Assembly (NCBI GenBank): GCA_964440545.1
Contig: CAYTSO010000004.1
Span: 1-62,386, forward strand
DNA: 62,386 nucleotides
From: an uncultured Candidatus Saccharibacteria bacterium
GTDB taxonomy: Bacteria > Patescibacteriota > Minisyncoccia > Phycocordibacterales > UBA9973
Direction of reading: 5' to 3'
The notes under the pieces were generated by a model. That model had not been told where the DNA came from, did no database searches, and worked only from the letters and a program-made list of their open reading frames with translations. Below are positions 32,173-42,058 of the stretch, in pieces; the first letter of the stretch is position 1, and every line of letters begins with the position of its first letter. Position numbers and translations under genes: made by a program.

Positions 32173-33549
32173 CTAAAGTAAGTCTATGTTTGCCTGTATT
32201 CCAATTTTCAAATTCATCACACTCCTACTATAAGAACAAGAGGCACCACCCGAACCATAATAGGCGCAGGCTGCCTTATGCTGGGCACTGGCACTATTTC
32301 CAACAGCACCCTTGTCAGTTAACATCGTCGCGGAAGCGAAAAAGGCATCTCGGGGATTCCATGGATTTGGTTTATGCCCTAGCATCGCTTGTAAACGACT
32401 TACATAGCCCGCCCAGGTTGATGGAATGAACTGAGCAGGTCCCATAGCTCCACCATAACCACCAACGCCAGCGATAGGACAAGAAACTGCTGTTTGGAAT
32501 GGATTAAGTCCTAATTCGCTTGTTATTTTCATAAAATCTTCAACGTCACCCTTCCTGCCTGGTAATCCCATGGGCTTCATCACATTAGCAAATGGTGTGC
32601 CTGTGTTTTTTCCTACCCCTGCTCCAGTGTCAGGATTTGTTAAATAACATTGACCAACATTTGCCCCAAGATTGCTTTCTTGGGTAAGAATGGCAAGCAA
32701 AAATGCCGGATCAATTCCTGTAACTTTTTGGGCTTCGGTGGCATACATAAGAGCAGTTCCAAAATCAATTTTTGTGGAAGTTCCAGCAAGTGGAAATAGG
32801 GCAGCTCTAATTCTATCAGCCTGTGCTTTTTTTTGTGCAGCGAGCAATTGATAAGCGGCTTCCTTCTCTTTTGAAATTTCCAATAACTCTTTTTTGTCTG
32901 CCTCAGACTTAGCAACATTTCTCTGGGCACTCTCCAGTTCAGCCTTGGCGTCAGTTTCAGCATCTTGTTTTTTTTCAAGTTCTTCTTTAACTGCCTCGGT
33001 TTCTGTTTTTACTCCTTTAATAGTATCTACTGAATCCTTTACCGCTTTTTTTATTGAAGCATAAGATTCCAGGTCGCTATAAAAATTTGAAACAGTGTTA
33101 TCGGAAAGAATTAGGTGAATAAGATTTTCATTATCAAATTCATTTGTATTCCGAAGAAGTTGCGCCAATGATTCATACTCCCGATCGATTTTTGTAGAAA
33201 GTGATTTAATTGTACTTACCTTTTCATTTATGTTTGCTTTTAGTTGCGCAATAGCAAGACTCCTCGCTTTTATTTTCGCTTTCAGGGCATTAATCTGCGC
33301 GGTTAGGTAATCCACGTCACCCTTCAATGTACCTGTTTGTTTTTGCTGTTCTTTTTGCTTATTTAATAGGTCCTGAAGCTCCGCTTCTATTTGAGCTAAT
33401 TCCTTTTTGCAATAGTCCTTTTCGGACTGACTAGAAGAACTGGTTATACTAAGACAATCAAAAGCTGCGGATGTTTCTGACACCGACAAGGCAAAAAGGT
33501 AAACAAAAAACAAACTTAATAATATAAAAACTATGGCTTTTTTCTCCAT
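32173..33549 (-). CDS. Secreted coiled-coil protein with a C-terminal lytic transglycosylase-like (SLT_2/MltB-like) domain
   Basis: Signal/TM segment, long coiled coil, LAILTQESNLG catalytic-Glu context and GAMGPAQFIPSTW. Confidence 0.6.
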   Translation of the reverse strand: MEKKAIVFILLSLFFVYLFALSVSETSAAFDCLSITSSSSQSEKDYCKKELAQIEAELQDLLNKQKEQQKQTGTLKGDVDYLTAQINALKAKIKARSLAIAQLKANINEKVSTIKSLSTKIDREYESLAQLLRNTNEFDNENLIHLILSDNTVSNFYSDLESYASIKKAVKDSVDTIKGVKTETEAVKEELEKKQDAETDAKAELESAQRNVAKSEADKKELLEISKEKEAAYQLLAAQKKAQADRIRAALFPLAGTSTKIDFGTALMYATEAQKVTGIDPAFLLAILTQESNLGANVGQCYLTNPDTGAGVGKNTGTPFANVMKPMGLPGRKGDVEDFMKITSELGLNPFQTAVSCPIAGVGGYGGAMGPAQFIPSTWAGYVSRLQAMLGHKPNPWNPRDAFFASATMLTDKGAVGNSASAQHKAACAYYGSGGASCSYSRSVMNLKIGIQANIDLL

Positions 33550-33569
33550 AGTTTTTATTATAACATATT

Positions 33570-34259
33570 TTATTTTTCTGTCGGCTTTTGTTCCTTTGCT
33601 GGGGTAGACTTTTCTTCTCCTCTGCCTTCTTCCCCTTCTTCTTCTTTCTTCCCTTTCTTTTCAACCTCAATTTCAGACAGATCAACTGGCGCAGCCTCCT
33701 CTTCCTTTTCTTCCACTTGTTCCACAATGGAAGCAACAACATCAGTCGGATTATCTACAATAGTAACCCCGGTTGGTAATTTTATATCTGAAACAAAAAT
33801 TTGATCATCTAGTGTTTCTAGTTTTGAAATATCAACAACGAGATCATGGGGCAAATCGCTTGGCAATGCTTCGATTTTAACTTCATGCAAAACCTTCACG
33901 AGATTCCCGAGCCCGTTTTTTACCGCATTAGAAATACCTTCAAAGACAAGTGGAACCTCAACTGTAATTTTCTTGGTCATGTCTATCGCTAGAAAATCAA
34001 CATGGATTGGATCCTCGGTAATCGGATCAACTTGCACTTCATGAATGAGAACATCAACTTCAGTACCTGTCGGCATATTGATTTTAATGGCGGATGATTC
34101 CCCTGCTTCTCGCCAAACCTTTTTAAATTCAGAAGTTGAAATTGAGATAGGTGTATTTTTCTTTCCTGCTCCGTAAAAAACAGCTGGAATTTCTCCAGAT
34201 TTTCTTAGGGCATTTAATTTCACACCCTCCTCCCTGTTTTTAGCTTTTATTAGAAACAT
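33570..34259 (-). CDS. rplY: 50S ribosomal protein L25/Ctc with an acidic/Lys-rich tail
   Basis: GEIPAVFYG motif. I chose ATG 34259 because TATACT lies 6 nt upstream. The track start is 34280. Confidence 0.85.
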   Translation of the reverse strand: MFLIKAKNREEGVKLNALRKSGEIPAVFYGAGKKNTPISISTSEFKKVWREAGESSAIKINMPTGTEVDVLIHEVQVDPITEDPIHVDFLAIDMTKKITVEVPLVFEGISNAVKNGLGNLVKVLHEVKIEALPSDLPHDLVVDISKLETLDDQIFVSDIKLPTGVTIVDNPTDVVASIVEQVEEKEEEAAPVDLSEIEVEKKGKKEEEGEEGRGEEKSTPAKEQKPTEK

Positions 34260-34265
34260 AAAAAT

Positions 34266-34294
34266 AGTATACCCGAACACTTATTAAAAGTCAA
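34266..34294 (-). promoter_or_regulatory. Sigma70-type promoter of rplY (leaderless candidate)
   Basis: On the minus strand: TTGACT (34294-34289), 17-nt spacer, TATACT (34271-34266), 6 nt, ATG 34259. Confidence 0.55.
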
Positions 34295-34337
34295 AAGCAT
34301 CCTTACGTAGCATAACGATAATAAGTGTACGGGTATA
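34268..34337 (-). terminator. Long hairpin downstream of fba (18/19-bp stem) that encloses the rplY promoter
   Basis: Arms at 34268-34286 and 34319-34337 with one mismatch. CTATTTT follows on the minus strand. Confidence 0.5.
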
Positions 34338-34376
34338 TATAAAAAAGATTAAAAAACAAATTCAAATAATTAATTT

Positions 34377-35372
34377 TTAGTATTTTCCAACACTTGCCAT
34401 ACTATTGACTTTTGCTCTTTCAATCAGAAGATTCTGCGCAAACGTAATATCCTCCGGATTTTTTGCCCAACTTGCCAGTGCTTTATTTTGAATTGCGCGG
34501 GAAAAAGAAAACGTAAGAGGCCAAGGCAATGCACCCATCTGATGCATTAAGCTTAGATGTATCGTCGCTTCTTCATCCTCTTGTCCGCCAGAGAGAAAAA
34601 CAATTCCGCCAATCCGTGCTGGCACATGCTCCACAAGACACTTAATTGTTATTCTTGCCACTTCCTCTGGTTTAGATTTTTCTTTTGCCTGCTTGCCCGC
34701 TAGCACCATACTTGTTTTTAAAATTATTCCAGGAATAAAAACTTCCTTCTTTTGCAATTCATCAAAAATGATATCTAAATTTTTTGCTGTAACTTCATAG
34801 CAATCATTTATGGTGTGACTTCCATCAAACAATACCTCCGGTTCAAGAACGGGAACCATGTCAAGCTCCTGACAAATAGAAGCGTATTTAGCCAAAACCA
34901 CTGCGTTTTCTTTTAAGCAATCTTCTGATGGGGTATTTTGACCAATTGAATAAACTGCGCGCCATTTAGTAAAAACTGCGCCCAGATTTTTGTACTCCTC
35001 CAATCTGTTTTTTAGACCATCCAGTCCTTTGGTAATTTTTTCACCCTCGTGCCCAGGAAGATCAATTAGTCCTTGGTCAACTTTTATTCCTATATCAATT
35101 CCTTTTCCTTGTAAAATATTGGTGAAGTCCTTTCCGTTTTTTGTCGACTGCCTAATTGTTTCATCAAAAAGGATAAAGCCTGAAATATACTTTTCAATAT
35201 CAGGTGTTGTTATGAGAAGCTCTCGATATTCCCTACGTTTTTCCTCAGTAGCAGGAATACCAAGTTTTTCAAAGCGCTCATTGCAGGTATTTAAACTTTC
35301 ATCAATAGCCAAAATTCCCTTGGGTGGCATCGTTAAACGATTAACTATTTCAATTAATTTTTCCTTATTCAT
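34377..35372 (-). CDS. fba: Class I fructose-bisphosphate aldolase
   Basis: 331 aa. N-terminal PKGILAIDES; Schiff-base Lys context IILKTSMV. Confidence 0.8.
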   Translation of the reverse strand: MNKEKLIEIVNRLTMPPKGILAIDESLNTCNERFEKLGIPATEEKRREYRELLITTPDIEKYISGFILFDETIRQSTKNGKDFTNILQGKGIDIGIKVDQGLIDLPGHEGEKITKGLDGLKNRLEEYKNLGAVFTKWRAVYSIGQNTPSEDCLKENAVVLAKYASICQELDMVPVLEPEVLFDGSHTINDCYEVTAKNLDIIFDELQKKEVFIPGIILKTSMVLAGKQAKEKSKPEEVARITIKCLVEHVPARIGGIVFLSGGQEDEEATIHLSLMHQMGALPWPLTFSFSRAIQNKALASWAKNPEDITFAQNLLIERAKVNSMASVGKY

Positions 35373-36829
35373 TTTAATAAATTAATTAATAATTGTTTTG
35401 CTGTTTGCGGATTGGCGCTGCCTTTTGTTTCTTTCATTATTTGACCCACCAATGACATAATTGCCTGATCTTTGCCTCCTTTGTAATCGGCAACTACTTT
35501 TGGATTTGCTTCTATAATTTTTTGTACAACTTCGCTTAGTGCCCCTTCATCGTTTTCTTGAAGTAATTTATTTTCAGTCGCAATTTTAAGAGGCGAAGCA
35601 TCCTTTACCGCAATCATTGCCAGAATGTCTTTGGCAGCGCGAGAAGAAATTTTGTCTTCTGATGCTAAGCTTATCAATTCCGCAAAATTCTCCGCACTTG
35701 GAAGCCCGGCTTCCAAGTTGGATTTCCGCAAACCGAGTAGGTCAGAGGTGATATAGTTTGAAGCCGTTTTTATTTTATTTTTGTCATCCAAAATTTTCGC
35801 AATATTTTCAAACCACTCTGCTAATTCTGGGTTGTTTACATAAACCTCTATGTCCTCTTCTTTAATTTCAAAATCTTTTTTGTACCTAGCACGCTTGGCT
35901 TCCGGCAACTCTGGTAATTCTTTTTTTATTTTTTCTAAATCCCAACCAGAGGCTGATCCGCCTTCGGTGGAAAACGTTCCACGTAAAAACATTTTCGGCA
36001 AATCTGGATCTGGAAAATACCGATAGTCAGCGCTCCCTTCTTTTTTTCGCTGGGAAAACGTTTGTTGTTTGTTTTCGTCCCAGCCCCGGGTTTCTTGTGT
36101 AATTTCATCAGCCTTCCCTTGTTCCAGTAGTTTTATCATTCTGTCAATCTCGTATTTAATGGCTCGCTCTACACTACGAAAAGAGTTTAAATTTTTTACT
36201 TCAACTTTCGTGCCTAATTTGTTCTTTTCATCCGAAATTGAAATATTTGCCTCTACTCGCATTTCACCCTTTTCCATATTTGCTTCAGAAATATCCAAAT
36301 ACCAAAGTACTAACTGCAATTCTTTGGCGAACATGGTTGCCTTTTCGGCTGCCTCTTTGGCATTCTCAAAAGTATGTGGTTCCGTAACTAGTTCCATAAG
36401 TGGTACTCCAGCTCGATTAAAATCGATCAGTGAAAAATTACCTCGGTCGTGTTTATTGTTCGCAGTATCTTCTTCAAGATGTACGCGAGTAATATCAAAA
36501 TCTGTTAAATGTCCGCCAGAAACAATTGGATACTTATATTGAGAAATCTGATAACCCTTTGGAATATCAGGATAAAAATAATTTTTACGATCAAATTCTG
36601 AAAAATCTGCAATTTCTCCGCCAAGGGATAACCCAACTTTTATAACATTTTCTATAGCCTTTTTGTTTGGAACAGGCAGGGCCCCCGGTTGCGCTGTGCA
36701 AACTGGACAGATATTTACGTTTGGCTTTTCTTCGTCGGGGTCATTTTTGCAAGCACAAAACATTTTCGTTAATGTTTTTAACTCTGCATGTATTTCTAAA
36801 CCAATTGTAGGATAATATTTCCTCGCCAT
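35369..36829 (-). CDS. gatB: Asp/Glu-tRNA amidotransferase subunit B
   Basis: IGLEIHAELKT and CPVCTAQPGALP motifs; C-terminal YqeY-like domain. Confidence 0.95.
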   Translation of the reverse strand: MARKYYPTIGLEIHAELKTLTKMFCACKNDPDEEKPNVNICPVCTAQPGALPVPNKKAIENVIKVGLSLGGEIADFSEFDRKNYFYPDIPKGYQISQYKYPIVSGGHLTDFDITRVHLEEDTANNKHDRGNFSLIDFNRAGVPLMELVTEPHTFENAKEAAEKATMFAKELQLVLWYLDISEANMEKGEMRVEANISISDEKNKLGTKVEVKNLNSFRSVERAIKYEIDRMIKLLEQGKADEITQETRGWDENKQQTFSQRKKEGSADYRYFPDPDLPKMFLRGTFSTEGGSASGWDLEKIKKELPELPEAKRARYKKDFEIKEEDIEVYVNNPELAEWFENIAKILDDKNKIKTASNYITSDLLGLRKSNLEAGLPSAENFAELISLASEDKISSRAAKDILAMIAVKDASPLKIATENKLLQENDEGALSEVVQKIIEANPKVVADYKGGKDQAIMSLVGQIMKETKGSANPQTAKQLLINLLK

Positions 36830-36831
36830 GT

Positions 36832-37842
36832 TTAATCTTTCTTTAGAATTTTTGCTAATCCATCGCTAAATTCCTTTATCATTTTATCATCAAATAGTGA
36901 AATGGTAAAAACATTTTTATTGATTTTTTCGAATTCTTTTATTTTTTTTGTAATAATTTTAGGATCTTCTATCAGGTCGCTCTTGGTTAAAATTATTATT
37001 TCTTTTTTGGAACAAAGATCTCCTTCTCCAAATTTTAAATTTTTGTCGTATTTTTCTAATTCTTTGCGAATTTCTTTATAGGCTTTCATCATTCCCGCTG
37101 AACCCTTGGACAGGTTTTCAAATGAAATTAGATGAGCAAGCATTTTTGTACGCTTAATATGACGTAAAAATTTAACACCTAATCCTTTTCCCCCTGACGC
37201 TCCTTCAATAAGTCCAGGAATATCTGCCAAAATATATCCGTAAAAATTTCCCAGATTGGGATCCAAGGTGGTAAATGGATAATCTCCCACTTTTGCTTCT
37301 GCGTTAGTTAAAGCATTCAGTAACGAAGTTTTTCCTGCGTTAGGCAGACCAATCAAGCCAACATCAGCAAAAAGCTCTAATTCAATTTTGAAGCTTCCTT
37401 TTTCGCCCTCTTGTCCCTCACGTGATTCTTTTGGTGTTGTGTTGACGGAGCTTTTGAAGTGTTCATTGCCAAAGCCACCATATCCACCCTTTAAGATCAT
37501 AATTTTTTGCCCCTCCTCGATTAGTTGCCAAGTTTCATCTGTTTCAAGATTCGTAACGACGGAACCAACTGGCAACTCTAAAATAAAATCTTCGCCGTTT
37601 TTTCCATGCAAACTTTTCTTACCTCCATCCTCGCCACGACCAGCTGAAAAATTCTTTTTTGTTTTGTACTTAGAAAGGACGTGAATATCACGTACGGCCA
37701 AAATATAAAAATCACCACCGCGCCCTCCGTCCCCCCCAGCGGGTCCGCCTTTTGGTATAAATTTTTCCTGGCGCCAACGCACGACACCGTTTCCTCCGCG
37801 TCCAGCCTCAGCGGATATTGTCATTTCATCAATAAATGCCAT
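36832..37842 (-). CDS. obg: GTPase Obg/CgtA
   Basis: Gly-rich Obg fold (GGRGGD) and G-domain GLPNAGKTS. Confidence 0.95.
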   Translation of the reverse strand: MAFIDEMTISAEAGRGGNGVVRWRQEKFIPKGGPAGGDGGRGGDFYILAVRDIHVLSKYKTKKNFSAGRGEDGGKKSLHGKNGEDFILELPVGSVVTNLETDETWQLIEEGQKIMILKGGYGGFGNEHFKSSVNTTPKESREGQEGEKGSFKIELELFADVGLIGLPNAGKTSLLNALTNAEAKVGDYPFTTLDPNLGNFYGYILADIPGLIEGASGGKGLGVKFLRHIKRTKMLAHLISFENLSKGSAGMMKAYKEIRKELEKYDKNLKFGEGDLCSKKEIIILTKSDLIEDPKIITKKIKEFEKINKNVFTISLFDDKMIKEFSDGLAKILKKD

Positions 37843-37843
37843 C

Positions 37844-38764
37844 CTATGATTCTACCGCAATTTGAGCTAATTTAATAGCTCCTTTTTTAGATTTTGCTAC
37901 CGCCAAAAAAAGTCCCTTGTGACAGAAAATTGCATCAGAAACTCTTGTAATTTTTTGAAATTCCTCGTCTTGGAGCCCTGCCCAACTTGAGGGAAAATCT
38001 TTACGACACTTGAATTCATCGCCTTCTTTGTTTACGGCTTTCACGACCCAGGCACTTTTGTTTTCTCTTGGAAAAATAACAAAAAGAGGCTCAGGTAATT
38101 TTTCAAAAACTTTTTTAAACGGATGATATTTTTCTAAAATAATAATTTTTTTATCTTCACTCTCTTGGTAAGTCTTTAGAACATTTTCTTCAGCCAGTAC
38201 AGCATCTCGAACATGGGCTATGTTTCTTAATATTATTTCTCTTGCAAACTTAACTGATTTCAAGAAATTTTTATCATAATCCTTCCATTCTTCTATTGAA
38301 GTTGGTCGCATAAGTTTAAAAAGATCTTGAATCAAAAATGGAGAGATTTTGTGCGTTTTTTTAAACAAACTGATGCCATTATCGTCAGCATCAATAGGTG
38401 AAACTAAGTTTTGGTCTATGGCCTGAGCAATAATTTCAGATCCAGAAAGTTTTGGACCAAATTTCTTCCACACCAAACCGAAAGAGGCATATTCTATGCC
38501 ATTCTTTCTTTTTCCAGCTCCGCCTTTTTGATGATGATCAAAACTGTTTTCTTCTTCACTATAAATTTCTCCAACATCAAAAACATAATCACCTTCCTCA
38601 ATTATTTTTTTCTCTCTTGTTCTTATTATTTCAAATACTTCTTTTTGACCTTCTAAAAAAAGTGAAAGAGTTGCACAGGCAAAAATATCATCGCAATGAA
38701 AAGGCCCATCATGGGTAATTAATTTTTTTACCTTAGAATTTCTCATATTAAAAAAGGGTATCAA
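37844..38764 (-). CDS. MYG1/UPF0160 family metal-dependent hydrolase
   Basis: THDGPFHCDDIFACATL; 306 aa. Confidence 0.8.
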   Translation of the reverse strand: MIPFFNMRNSKVKKLITHDGPFHCDDIFACATLSLFLEGQKEVFEIIRTREKKIIEEGDYVFDVGEIYSEEENSFDHHQKGGAGKRKNGIEYASFGLVWKKFGPKLSGSEIIAQAIDQNLVSPIDADDNGISLFKKTHKISPFLIQDLFKLMRPTSIEEWKDYDKNFLKSVKFAREIILRNIAHVRDAVLAEENVLKTYQESEDKKIIILEKYHPFKKVFEKLPEPLFVIFPRENKSAWVVKAVNKEGDEFKCRKDFPSSWAGLQDEEFQKITRVSDAIFCHKGLFLAVAKSKKGAIKLAQIAVES

Positions 38765-39203
38765 CTACTTCCTTTACCGTCGCTCCGTCCGCTTTCCCTT
38801 TTAGCTCCTTCATTAGAGCAGACATAAGCATGCCTTTTTTGGTACTATCAGTAATATTAAGCTCTTCTTTTTTTGCCTGGGCTATCTTTTCAACCTCACT
38901 TCTGTCCATCAATTTCGGCAAATAGGCTTCTAAGATAGACAATTCGGACTCTTCTTCCTTTACTAAATCTTCCCGACCTCCTTTTTTAAATTGTTCTATG
39001 GAATCCTTCCTCTGCTTGGCTAATCGAGAAATTACAACTAGGGCATCTTCATCCGACAAAATCTCATTTGGTTTTTTCCCTTTCGCCACCAATTCATTGG
39101 TAAAAGCCGCTGACATCCCTCGAAAAACTTTTAGACGTAATGTGTCTTTTGCCATCATCGCTTCCTTAATTCCATTTTTTATTTTTTCATGTAACATATC
39201 CAT
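38748..39203 (-). CDS. GatB/YqeY domain-containing protein
   Basis: Start trimmed to ATG 39203 (MDMLHEKIKNGIKEAMMAKD). The track ORF carries a spurious 49-aa N-terminal extension. Confidence 0.8.
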   Translation of the reverse strand: MDMLHEKIKNGIKEAMMAKDTLRLKVFRGMSAAFTNELVAKGKKPNEILSDEDALVVISRLAKQRKDSIEQFKKGGREDLVKEEESELSILEAYLPKLMDRSEVEKIAQAKKEELNITDSTKKGMLMSALMKELKGKADGATVKEVVDTLF

Positions 39204-39217
39204 ACTATAACAAATTA

Positions 39218-39226
39218 TGTTAAAAT
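39218..39226 (+). promoter_or_regulatory. Extended -10 element 6 nt upstream of the exonuclease ATG (leaderless candidate)
   Basis: TGtTAAAAT (39218-39226), then aataaa, then ATG 39233. Confidence 0.45.
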
Positions 39227-39232
39227 AATAAA

Positions 39233-39949
39233 ATGAACAAGTTGATATTCTTTGATACCGAGACGACTGGCAACACGGAAAAAGATTTTTTGGTTCAAAT
39301 TGCCTACAAACACGGCGACGAGAGTTTTGTCGGTCTTTACCGCCCGCCAATTAAAATTCCACCCGAGGCCTCGGCCATACACCACATTACCAATAAAATG
39401 GTTGAGGATAAACCAATTTTTAAAGAAGGTACTGACTTGCCGATTATTAAAATACTTTTCGAAGATAAAGACTCTGTTGTGGTTGCCCACAACGCACCCT
39501 TTGATCTTTTGATGATAGAAAAGGAAGGGATCAAGCCGAATAAATTTATTTGTACACTCCGGGTTGCCAGAGAATTGGACAAAGAGGGAAAAATAGAAAG
39601 ATACAATTTGCAATATTTGCGGTACTTGTTGGATTTAAATGTAGAAGCAGTAGCTCACGATGCCATGGGTGACGTATTGGTCATGGAAAAATTATTTGAA
39701 AGATTGAAAAATAAAATAATGAAGGAGGAAAAGCTAAACGAGGAAAAAGCAATAGAAAAAATGATTGCGATATCTTCACATCCCACCCTTATGAAAACCT
39801 TTAGTTTTGGTAAGCACAATGGTAAAAAATTGGAAGAAGTATTAGCAATCGATCGAGGTTATTTAGAATGGTTGTTAGAGCAGAAATTAGAAAGCGATCA
39901 AATAGACGAGGATTGGATTTATACTCTAAAACATCATTTAAAAAAATAG
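39233..39949 (+). CDS. DEDDh 3'-5' exonuclease (DnaQ/ExoX-like) with a small C-terminal helical domain
   Basis: Exo motifs FFDTETTG, VAHNAPFD and HDAMGD. Confidence 0.8.
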   Translation: MNKLIFFDTETTGNTEKDFLVQIAYKHGDESFVGLYRPPIKIPPEASAIHHITNKMVEDKPIFKEGTDLPIIKILFEDKDSVVVAHNAPFDLLMIEKEGIKPNKFICTLRVARELDKEGKIERYNLQYLRYLLDLNVEAVAHDAMGDVLVMEKLFERLKNKIMKEEKLNEEKAIEKMIAISSHPTLMKTFSFGKHNGKKLEEVLAIDRGYLEWLLEQKLESDQIDEDWIYTLKHHLKK

Positions 39950-39950
39950 T

Positions 39951-40634
39951 ATGCAAGAAAAAAATACTTGGAATTTAATTAAAAAAATTGGAACCGTAAA
40001 AAAAATAGATGAGGGCGGAGATTCAACAGTATATTCAATTAACGATGATAAAACAGGAGAAATATTAGGGGTTGCAAAAAATTATGACAACCTTAGCGGT
40101 GGCTTTGCTGGACTAAATAATCCTGAGCTTACAAAAAAGATTTTGAGTAAATATCATCAAGATACAGAAAAGGCGTTTCGAATGCTAGAAAAAGATCCAA
40201 ATCCTTTGAAGCAAAGCATGGAAATTAATGGCGAAAATTATCTCTTTAAATATAAGATTGTACAACAAGGGGACTTCATGCTCGCACAAAGAAGAAAATC
40301 TAGTTTTAGCGAGACAGAGGAAGAAGTTCCTTCACTAGTGGGTCAGGAGTATGTTAAGGGTTTAAATTTCGAATTGCTGGTCAAGATGCCAAGGGGCGCT
40401 ATCCCTTCAGAGGGACAAGAGATATTTGCCAAAAACTATGATCTTTACAAAAAATTAGAGGAAATGATTAAAAAATTTCTTATCTATTTATCCGAGACCG
40501 TTGGGGCCTCCTTTAGTTTCGGCGCAATGAACATTAAACCTTTTGTAAACCCTCGGGAGAGAAGTATTGATATCATTATTACTGATTTGTCAGCAAACAT
40601 TCGATCAGATTATCACAAAATTAGAAAACTATAG
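39951..40634 (+). CDS. Hypothetical protein
   Basis: 227-aa ORF of native composition, adjacent to the exonuclease stop. I recognised no motif. Confidence 0.5.
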   Translation: MQEKNTWNLIKKIGTVKKIDEGGDSTVYSINDDKTGEILGVAKNYDNLSGGFAGLNNPELTKKILSKYHQDTEKAFRMLEKDPNPLKQSMEINGENYLFKYKIVQQGDFMLAQRRKSSFSETEEEVPSLVGQEYVKGLNFELLVKMPRGAIPSEGQEIFAKNYDLYKKLEEMIKKFLIYLSETVGASFSFGAMNIKPFVNPRERSIDIIITDLSANIRSDYHKIRKL

Positions 40635-40651
40635 AGTATAATAGATAAAAA

Positions 40652-41635
40652 ATGGAAAACATTATTTGGATAATAATAGGAGTTGCGGGAGGGCTTGTTA
40701 CTGCTTATTTAATTTTTGGTAAAAAGGATAAAGAGAAAAACGAAACCATTCAACCTCTTTTATTACTTCAGCAACAAATGTCGGAACTTACCGATCGAAT
40801 AAATAAAAGCTTATTGGACGTTACACGAGAGCAAACTAAAACCAATGAGGCTACTCGGCAGTTTATAAGTATTGCTGAAAAATTAAGCGACCTAGAAAAA
40901 ACCCTAAAACACCAAAAACAACGCGGAAACTGGGGTGAGGCGTCTCTAGAGCTCATTCTTTCTAATACTTTGGCTCCAGGGCAGTATAAAATGCAATATG
41001 AATTTAAAAACGGAGAAACAGTAGACGCGGTCATCACAACCAAAGAAGGCATCATTCCAATTGACGCGAAATTTTCATTGGATAATTATGACCGAGTAGT
41101 ACACGCAATGAATGATCGACAGCGAGAGGAATTAGAAAAAGAATTCAAGAATGACTTAAAAAGAAGAATTGACGAGACAGCTAAATATGTTCGGCCGGAA
41201 GAAGGAACACTTCCCTTCGCATTTATGTACATTCCAGCAGAAGCAATTTATTATGATCTTTTAGTCAACGAGGTTGGGGCAATAAAAGTAAACACCCGAA
41301 ATTTAATTGATTACGCTTATAATGATAAAAAGGTCATCATTATTTCTCCAACTACCTTTATGGCATATTTGCAATCAATACTTTATGGATTTAAAGCTTT
41401 TAAAATAGAAGAGTCAGCAAAAGAAATCATTAAAAGGGTGGAAGAATTGGGAAAACATTTAAAGGCATATGATGAATATCACAACAAACTCGGGAACGCC
41501 TTGGGTACTGTGGTTAACCACTACAATTCCTCAAATAAAGAATTAAAAAAAATAGACAAGGACGTCCTACGTATCGCAGGCTCCTCGCCCGAACTTTCTC
41601 TTCTTGAAATTGAAAAACCCGGGTTTGAAGAATAA
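40652..41635 (+). CDS. rmuC: DNA recombination protein RmuC
   Basis: N-terminal TM helix and coiled coil, with a RmuC core (PFAFMYIPAEAIYYD). Confidence 0.85.
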   Translation: MENIIWIIIGVAGGLVTAYLIFGKKDKEKNETIQPLLLLQQQMSELTDRINKSLLDVTREQTKTNEATRQFISIAEKLSDLEKTLKHQKQRGNWGEASLELILSNTLAPGQYKMQYEFKNGETVDAVITTKEGIIPIDAKFSLDNYDRVVHAMNDRQREELEKEFKNDLKRRIDETAKYVRPEEGTLPFAFMYIPAEAIYYDLLVNEVGAIKVNTRNLIDYAYNDKKVIIISPTTFMAYLQSILYGFKAFKIEESAKEIIKRVEELGKHLKAYDEYHNKLGNALGTVVNHYNSSNKELKKIDKDVLRIAGSSPELSLLEIEKPGFEE

Positions 41636-41661
41636 AATAAAAATGTTATATTTTTTGTACT

Positions 41662-41736
41662 GGCCCTATCGTCTAACGGTTAGGACGTATCCTTCTCAAG
41701 GATAAAATCAGAGTTCGATTCTCTGTAGGGTCACCA
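41662..41736 (+). tRNA. tRNA-Glu(CUC) with encoded CCA
   Basis: GGCCCTATCGTCTAACGGTTAGGACGTATCCTTCTCAAGGATA...TAGGGTCACCA. Anticodon loop TTCTCAA. Confidence 0.9.
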
Positions 41737-41814
41737 GCCGAAATGTTTGCGAGTAACGACGAGTAAATTATCGTGGTCAATGTTAACTTCACTCTTCACA
41801 TAAAATAACCTAAA

Positions 41815-41842
41815 TTGACAAATCATTTTTTAAATGTATAAT
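41815..41842 (+). promoter_or_regulatory. Consensus sigma70 promoter of cassette 2
   Basis: TTGACA (41815-41820), 16-nt spacer, TATAAT (41837-41842). Confidence 0.6.
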
Positions 41843-41893
41843 TAACACGTAAGCTTATCAACTCGTTTTGTACTTTGTTAAAAGGAGGATCGC

Positions 41894-42058
41894 GTGAATA
41901 AATATGACGAACAGATTCTTGTGCTCAATAAACTTAAGGAAAGGGTCAAGAAGCAACTTTATTCTTGCCCCAGCGAAAAAGAGTTCGTTTTGCTTCTCTC
42001 TCTTTTCAGAGAGCACCTCAAAGAGCACGATGATCAGTCCGTAGAAAGGAGGTCATAA
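41894..42058 (+). CDS. Orphan small protein (54 aa, predicted helical hairpin), GC-rich cassette
   Basis: AAAGGAGG (41881-41888), 5 nt, GTG 41894. My own translation gives MNKYDEQILVLNKLKERVKKQLYSCPSEKEFVLLLSLFREHLKEHDDQSVERRS. Its stop overlaps the next start (TAATG). Confidence 0.45.
   Translation: MNKYDEQILVLNKLKERVKKQLYSCPSEKEFVLLLSLFREHLKEHDDQSVERRS

Noticed and set aside
39204-39350. Extended N-termini of track ORFs 38748..39350 and 49366..50022
   Set aside because: The conserved YqeY (MDMLHEKIK) and MraZ (MLIGEYIHT) N-termini begin at internal ATGs 39203 and 49794. The upstream parts are Cys/Arg-rich or hydrophobic nonsense that overlaps promoter regions.
41904-42050. Alternative ATG-started frame over cassette-2 ORF1 (MTNRFLCSINLRKGSRSNF...)
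   Set aside because: The ATG lies 15 nt from the SD and the product is Ser-rich and low-complexity. The GTG frame gives a helical protein whose stop is coupled to the next start. This remains unproven.
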